In this document: one piece after another, positions 58,413-64,000 of the stretch
Numbering within the stretch: the first letter of the stretch is position 1
Layout: each line of letters begins with the position of its first letter
NCBI GenBank assembly: GCA_050916045.1
Contig: CP051526.1
Coordinates: 2,688,001-2,752,000, forward strand
Direction of reading: 5' to 3'
DNA from: Tepidisphaera sp.
GTDB lineage: Bacteria > Planctomycetota > Phycisphaerae > Phycisphaerales > UBA1924
DNA length: 64,000 bases
Program-made: the position numbers and the translations under genes
Notes under the pieces: model-generated
What the model was told of the DNA's origin: nothing
The model's input: the letters and a program-made list of their open reading frames with translations, nothing else
Databases searched by the model: none

Positions 58413-60587
58413 TCAAGGAGCGTTTGCAAGCGAGGCATCCGCCGCGTGGGCATTCGTGCCGCACCCACACTTTCCGCAGGAGGGACAAACGAACGAACCC
58501 TTGCCACCCGCTAACGGACAAACACACGCCAATGCGTCGGAGCCAAAGACGCGATCAAACCACCCGGACGAGCGGTCGTTTGCCATGGACGCAACAAGAT
58601 CGGCGGAGTCCTTGAGTCGAATCACGGGGAAGCGTGCACCACACAGGCACCGATAGACTCCCCACATGCTGTCACAACTCTCGCAGTGGCATTCGTAGCA
58701 GTCATACTGCCCGATCTGACGGAAGTGCGCTCCCGCCGTCCGACATGTGGGGCAGGTCCGGAGGCGACCGCATTGCGCCAATGCCGTCTCCATCGATGCT
58801 CGGACGGCCTCGACCTGTCGCTCCACCAGTTCTGTACCCTGACGCACACCCTTGGGGTTCTGGCGCTGAAGCCTTGTGATTCCTTCGCTCCTGCATTCTC
58901 TTAGAAGATCTCCAAGCGATCGCTCACGCCCTTCCGGTGGTCTGAGAACCCGCAGGACGTCTGGCCGAGCGGTGGCCTCTACCCACGCGGGAAGAGAGCG
59001 AGGCCGATCGGTACCGAACTGAACGGTCGGAGGATACTGCAACAGCATCGGCGACCAGAGATGCCACCGAAGTGCCCGCGCAACTCGCTCCACGCTGCCG
59101 ATGTCCCATGGCGACACGGGGAGCACACCGAGCCGAGAGGACCGATTGATACCAGGCTCCCATGGACCTGCGCGATGCCCTGCGTCCGCCCGCCATTCGT
59201 GGTTCCCTTCAGCAGCCGGTCCGTGCGAGGAGACGAGTAGTACGAGAACCTCGTCCTCTGCCGCACTCCTGCTCATACGCTCCATGTCATCGATGACATC
59301 CACAGTCAAGGTCGGATCAAGCCCTTCGAGCTTGGTGGGCAGGCACACCACCCGGACTCTTCGGTCGTTAACCCGTATGACGACAGCACCGTCACGAGGG
59401 GGAAGAACAGAGACGGCCCCGGCGGCCCCACGTAACGAGAGTTCGTCGCAATCGACCGCCGAATGCTCCGAACTCGAATCGCACGAAACTCCAAGCTGGT
59501 CGAGAGCCCGAACCACGAGCAACCATCCAAACCACGCAGAGCCGTCGCACACAGCTTGGCGACTTTCGTAGTACTGCTCTTCCGTCGGCGGGCGAGATAC
59601 GCCCAACCGCGACCACTCTCGCCACAGCTTCGCCACCTCGCGGTAGAGAGAATCGCTCTCAAATACGTTGGTGTAGCGAAGTTGCACTGGGCCCGACCGC
59701 ACGGGGACCCCTCGGTAAAGCGGGGAATCGAATAGCTTGCGGACCCTGCCATAGAGCGATTCAACAAGATCTGCAGTGCGTTTGGCGCTCTGTTCCGCCC
59801 GAGTGTCACCGACTGCGCCCGCCCAGAGGTCGCACAATCTGCGTTGCCGCCAGAAGTGCCCACCCGCCGCGCTCGCCGCGTGCTCGCTCGACTGCTCGAT
59901 CATGCTGCGTATACGAGCGAGTTGCTCAAGACGAAGTCGCAGATACATAGCCAAGTGATCGATGAGACGGGCGGCGACGCGATTCTCGTAGATGTCCACG
60001 TCATCTTCCGCAACCAGGGCGAGGACTCGGCGGGGTCGCACGCCCAAGACTGTCGGACGGTCCCAGTCCTCCTTGTGCGACACGAGCCTGACGATCGCCG
60101 TACGGGCCACCTTGCGTACGCGTGGTACCGACGTCATTTCCTCGTCGACCCGCAGGTGCGAACGCGGGCGCTGGCACACCGACTCAAGGAACACAAGCCG
60201 ATCCTGAATCGCCTGATCGAATGGTCGCACTCGTAGGAACTCGGCGACGCGCGGTGCCAACGGCGACAAAGTAGCCCATTGGCTCCAGCAAGCACGCGAG
60301 TCGCGCAGTTCGCTGAAAGTCCGCCCCATCTCCGCGATAGCTTCGGCGTCGAGTGTCGCAGTCAACAGGGCACTCGGGAACTCTCCCCCTACCGCCGTCT
60401 TACCCGGAATTGTGAGCGCCCAGGTTCCGTCACGGCGAGCAACCACTCGGTCGGCGAAACACGCTGGTAGTCCATTCACCAGCACGCCCTTCCCGTTGTC
60501 GGCGAGCATCACACGACCGGGAATGAGCGGGGCTGACCCCGGCTCCCACTCGACTCCAGACACGAGATCGACCAGGGGACCTGGCAT
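58413..60587 (-). CDS. McrC-like DUF2357 protein with Cys-rich zinc-finger C-terminus (CnuCD-like)
   Basis: DVDIYENRV..TNVFESDSLYR..W (DUF2357-like); CPTC, CESC, CLC, CPSCGKC; TAATG-coupled to the McrB-like gene. Confidence 0.75.
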   Translation of the reverse strand: MPGPLVDLVSGVEWEPGSAPLIPGRVMLADNGKGVLVNGLPACFADRVVARRDGTWALTIPGKTAVGGEFPSALLTATLDAEAIAEMGRTFSELRDSRACWSQWATLSPLAPRVAEFLRVRPFDQAIQDRLVFLESVCQRPRSHLRVDEEMTSVPRVRKVARTAIVRLVSHKEDWDRPTVLGVRPRRVLALVAEDDVDIYENRVAARLIDHLAMYLRLRLEQLARIRSMIEQSSEHAASAAGGHFWRQRRLCDLWAGAVGDTRAEQSAKRTADLVESLYGRVRKLFDSPLYRGVPVRSGPVQLRYTNVFESDSLYREVAKLWREWSRLGVSRPPTEEQYYESRQAVCDGSAWFGWLLVVRALDQLGVSCDSSSEHSAVDCDELSLRGAAGAVSVLPPRDGAVVIRVNDRRVRVVCLPTKLEGLDPTLTVDVIDDMERMSRSAAEDEVLVLLVSSHGPAAEGNHEWRADAGHRAGPWEPGINRSSRLGVLPVSPWDIGSVERVARALRWHLWSPMLLQYPPTVQFGTDRPRSLPAWVEATARPDVLRVLRPPEGRERSLGDLLRECRSEGITRLQRQNPKGVRQGTELVERQVEAVRASMETALAQCGRLRTCPTCRTAGAHFRQIGQYDCYECHCESCDSMWGVYRCLCGARFPVIRLKDSADLVASMANDRSSGWFDRVFGSDALACVCPLAGGKGSFVCPSCGKCGCGTNAHAADASLANAP

Positions 60588-63010
60588 TAGGCGCCCTCGC
60601 TCTCTTCGAAGCGACGAGACTGGATCAATTCGGCCAGAAGGTCTCTGGATTTGGCGGGCTGAGAGGCTTCACCAAATGACTGCTTCCAAGTGGACGCCAT
60701 GGTGTCGCGGAACTGCTCGAGAGTCTTAAGTCGCACTTCGTGCTTGCCCCGCAGTTTGCGAAGCAGCTTGGTCGCAAGGATGTGGTCGAGGGCCTCGTCG
60801 CACGTGCCGCCCGAAGCGACCACAGCCGAGACGAAGCGGGCCATCTGCCCCTTGGGCCCATCGAGCCGGTTGCCCCATCCAACCCGAAGTCCAAGCTGTA
60901 GCTGATCCTTGAGTTTGGCCAGCACGCTATTGGCCTTGTTGGCCATCGCCGCCTGGTCTCGCACCGCAGCCTCAAAAAGTTCTCGCAGTCCAGAACACGA
61001 TATCGGTGCTCCACCGGCAAGGCCGCTCCGAACTCCCGGTTGCGGATGCCCAGGCGGGAGTTCCATGGTGTGGGCGCGGTCGTAGGTCTTATCCGCAAAG
61101 TCCTTGGTGGTCTCGTCGTGATTTGCTGTTCCTGCAATCCACACGTTGTCCGGCCAGGCGATGAATCGACCATCGCGGAGCAATCGGGGAGCGATCGGCG
61201 GAAGTGAATCCATCAACTGGAACCTCCGTTCGTAGGGCGGAGGTTGCTCGATCTCGGAGTTCAGATCCGCGCCGTATTGCTCGAAGTATGAGAGATTCAT
61301 CTCGTCCAGGACAATGACGAAAACTCGGTCATTCCACTTCGGACACTGGGCGCGGTACAGTGCTTGGACGAATGCTGGCTCGTGATATCGCTTGTCGAAC
61401 GCGTTGAAGTAACCGAGCAGGTCTTGCCGATCTCTCCAGCCCGCTTGCACTGGCACGATCTCGACATCTCCTCCGAGAGCCTTTCCCACCGCCCGCGGCA
61501 AGCTGGTCTTGCCTGTGCCGCTGATGCCTTGGAGAAGGTGCAAGCGGCTCATGGCCATTCCAGCGATGAAGCACCGGATTGTCGCATCGTCGTAGTACAA
61601 GGGGTGGGGCCCCGTTGCCACACGCTCCTTGACCTCTTGAACAATGGCCTTCAGATTCTCTGGCTTCCGGAGCCCAGAGATAGGGGCCTGCAGTTCAACG
61701 TCCTGGTCCATTCTCGCGAGTTCAGCGAACGGGTTGCGGTGCGCACTCTGGTCCAGCTTCGATGTCACGTCGGCTTCGAGTTGGGTATTGGCTTCCTTGA
61801 GCACACGAGCTCGGTTCTCGTAGGCTCTCACCAGATCACGTTGGTTCTCAAGCTCGGTTGCTGCCACGGTCAGTCCGGCAAGCCGCGACCGCAGTGCTGC
61901 GTTGTCCGCTTTGATCTGCTCAAGTTCACGCCTCAGGCCATCTACAGCCCCGGCCTGACGACGCAGTTCCGCAACCGCATCCGCATCCGGCCTGTTCGTC
62001 AGTTCCGCGTCGCGTGCCTTCAGTTGGGCTGAAAGATCAGCGCACTTGGCTGCGAGTTGCTCGATCGACATCGCTCCCGTGGGTGCGAGCCTCTTTTCAA
62101 GCTCTTGGATGGTACCTTCCTTCAGCTTCGCCCAATCGCGTGCGGCCATCTCGCGTCGCTTTGCGTCTTCCAGGTCCTGGTCCAATCGTTCCACGCGAGA
62201 CTGCAGCTTCTGCTCGGCGCGCCTTGAAGCGAGCGCGATCCGCTCGTCCAGATTCTCGCGGTCCAATGCGAGGTCCTCTTGGGCTCGCTTCAGTGCCAAG
62301 CGTGCCTCGCCGACTTGGGTCATCTGCTGCTTCGCTTCCTCCAGTTGCTTGTGTGCCTGTTCCTCGATCGTCCTCAGGCCAAGTTCTCGCGCCTGCACCG
62401 AACGCTCCATGGCTTCACGGGCTCCGGCGAGCAGTTGCGGGAACCCTGCTTTCGCTTCTTCTTCGCGTTTCACGAGTGACAACCGGGCATGTTCGAACTC
62501 AAGTTCCTTGGCTGCGAGTGCAGCGTGCCACTCCTGGATCGCCTTCTCTCGCTCGTCCAGACGCCCCTGATGCTGCTGGAGCGAAACGTCTCTCTGCTCG
62601 ACCGCCTCCAAGGTCGCCTTTGACTTGGCCTCAGCCATTTGAAAGGCCCGTTTCGCATTGGCGGCCGAGCGAATCGCCTCACGCAGGTTCTCAGTGTTTG
62701 CGGCTGGCGGCTCAACCGTTGCCTTCCCCGAGACACCGTCCGGTTCGGGCACTGCCGAGTCGACGGCTGGTGCCTCAATCTCGAGTTGGATCGCCTGCTC
62801 GAGCATGTCCGGCACCGTCGATGCCACTTCTACTGCCGCCGGTTCGTCGGAGGCGCTCAGGCCGGGCGTCGTCAATGGCGCAGATGGCGCACGACTTCCA
62901 GACACGACGTTGGGCATAGTGGGTGGGCCGGCTGAGGGCGATGGGGGCGAACCGAAGCCGGACCGGCCGAAGATGTCGTTAGCGCGCCGCTTGTTCTTGT
63001 TTCGTCCCAC
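60587..63010 (-). CDS. McrB-like AAA+ GTPase with long N-terminal coiled coil (CnuB-like)
   Basis: GISGTGKTS, VQAGWRDRQDLLGYFN, LDEMNLS, GTANHDETT..DKTYDRA; E/Q/A/R-rich coil at about aa 100-420; AGGAG RBS. Confidence 0.88.
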   Translation of the reverse strand: MGRNKNKRRANDIFGRSGFGSPPSPSAGPPTMPNVVSGSRAPSAPLTTPGLSASDEPAAVEVASTVPDMLEQAIQLEIEAPAVDSAVPEPDGVSGKATVEPPAANTENLREAIRSAANAKRAFQMAEAKSKATLEAVEQRDVSLQQHQGRLDEREKAIQEWHAALAAKELEFEHARLSLVKREEEAKAGFPQLLAGAREAMERSVQARELGLRTIEEQAHKQLEEAKQQMTQVGEARLALKRAQEDLALDRENLDERIALASRRAEQKLQSRVERLDQDLEDAKRREMAARDWAKLKEGTIQELEKRLAPTGAMSIEQLAAKCADLSAQLKARDAELTNRPDADAVAELRRQAGAVDGLRRELEQIKADNAALRSRLAGLTVAATELENQRDLVRAYENRARVLKEANTQLEADVTSKLDQSAHRNPFAELARMDQDVELQAPISGLRKPENLKAIVQEVKERVATGPHPLYYDDATIRCFIAGMAMSRLHLLQGISGTGKTSLPRAVGKALGGDVEIVPVQAGWRDRQDLLGYFNAFDKRYHEPAFVQALYRAQCPKWNDRVFVIVLDEMNLSYFEQYGADLNSEIEQPPPYERRFQLMDSLPPIAPRLLRDGRFIAWPDNVWIAGTANHDETTKDFADKTYDRAHTMELPPGHPQPGVRSGLAGGAPISCSGLRELFEAAVRDQAAMANKANSVLAKLKDQLQLGLRVGWGNRLDGPKGQMARFVSAVVASGGTCDEALDHILATKLLRKLRGKHEVRLKTLEQFRDTMASTWKQSFGEASQPAKSRDLLAELIQSRRFEESEGA

Positions 63011-63037
63011 GTCGTACTCCTAAGTTCTGGCAGTCGC

Positions 63038-64000
63038 TCAGGTTGTGAGCAACCCATTCGTCAGCCTCTGCACAATGCCAATCACCCGTTCTAGGTCCTC
63101 GTCTGACGGTCCATGGCTGTCCCCGTAATGAGAGGCCTCACCACCAACGTCGATCGCGACCGCGAGTTCGTCGAGCAGTCCGGGCCACTCACCGAGAATT
63201 GTGCGGAGTATGTGTCCCGGCGTCACATCAGCGGCCAGCAGCGTGGCCATCACGGCGGCCGTCAACCTGCTCATGTCGCCCCGGTCCACCACACTGAAGA
63301 CGTGATTACCCCGCACGTTTGCGAACCGCCCCGGAAGCGGCATCCGTACTCCAAGGTTCGAAGCGGCACGCTCCAATCGCGTCCGGAGCACCTGATCGCC
63401 CGCAGCCCCGGCCCTCGGTATGAGCCCGCGAATGCGACCGAGGGGAAACTGGTCGGCAAGAGCTGCGAAGCACGCCTCCAGAGCACACCGGGCGTTCTGG
63501 GCTCCGTCCTTGAGCCTCGCTCGCCGTTGAGCATTCCCCTTTGCCTCACTCGCCGAGAGCCTCGCTTCATGCATGCGAATCAGGTGCTCGCGACCGAGCC
63601 AGTTCTCCGGGAGTCGGGGTAGAGCTGCGGCCACCTCTCCGTTGGCCAATTCCCACAGATCACGGGCAGTCAACTCGCCCGAGCGCATCGGCGTATCACC
63701 GCGGTCGATGAGGGACTGGATGAAGTTGTTGAACGGTGGGTAGTTGCGCCTGAGCCGTTGACCCTCCATGAGCAGTCGCGAGTTCTCACCCAGCCCGAAG
63801 GGGTCGGCGATGCGCCAGTCGAGAGATCCGGGTCCTACATCCGGAGCTTGGTAAACCACCGTTGCAAGATGTACCAGCTGAGGCTCGCGGTCGACAATCG
63901 TCACCCGCCTAAGTGCTCCAGCCCTGACTGCAACAGGCCGCTCAACCCCGGGCTCCAGACGTCCGATTCGTTCGATCCCGCGCTGGTCCAAGGAGTGACG
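63038..64000 (-). CDS. Partial upstream island gene with HEPN-like C-terminus (possible CnuE-like effector)
   Basis: Frame open to the window edge; WRIADPFGLG; helical C-terminus ARCALE..GGEASH. Confidence 0.55.
   Translation of the reverse strand, partial: RHSLDQRGIERIGRLEPGVERPVAVRAGALRRVTIVDREPQLVHLATVVYQAPDVGPGSLDWRIADPFGLGENSRLLMEGQRLRRNYPPFNNFIQSLIDRGDTPMRSGELTARDLWELANGEVAAALPRLPENWLGREHLIRMHEARLSASEAKGNAQRRARLKDGAQNARCALEACFAALADQFPLGRIRGLIPRAGAAGDQVLRTRLERAASNLGVRMPLPGRFANVRGNHVFSVVDRGDMSRLTAAVMATLLAADVTPGHILRTILGEWPGLLDELAVAIDVGGEASHYGDSHGPSDEDLERVIGIVQRLTNGLLTT

Overview
High-GC bacterial chromosome segment, most likely a planctomycete (Phycisphaerae-like; inferred from five C-terminal 'GC-type dockerin' proteins, an FHA-GAF kinase, a CxxC-RYNLRGL-CPECG membrane protein and a vWA/ExbB/ExbD cluster). 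Core genes: frr, pyrH, rpsP, trmD, rplS, metH, rpmE, tRNA-Asn(GTT), sppA. Accessory content includes an ArsR-SDR-OYE-MBL detox cluster with an internally deleted SDR, a ZnuABC-type transporter, GH13/GH29/acetylxylan-esterase enzymes and an ECF sigma/anti-sigma pair. Four things stand out. (1) Two separate loci (19.6-21.2 kb and 52.5-53.8 kb) each hold a single lower-GC, immunity-like orphan gene enclosed by an inverted pair of 37-bp REP-like hairpins of one family, and both carry a second shared upstream hairpin; this is a candidate REP/MITE-bounded gene-capture system. (2) An island downstream of tRNA-Asn encodes a coiled-coil McrB / DUF2357-Zn-finger McrC (CoCoNuT-like) defence system that runs off the window. 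(3) A largely translationally coupled 8-gene vWA-ExbB-ExbD-ExbD-TPR-J-like-Zn-finger operon has no TonB/TolA. (4) Dockerin-tailed genes sit inside the rpsP-trmD-rplS cluster. All family calls come from motif recognition by eye; no searches were run.
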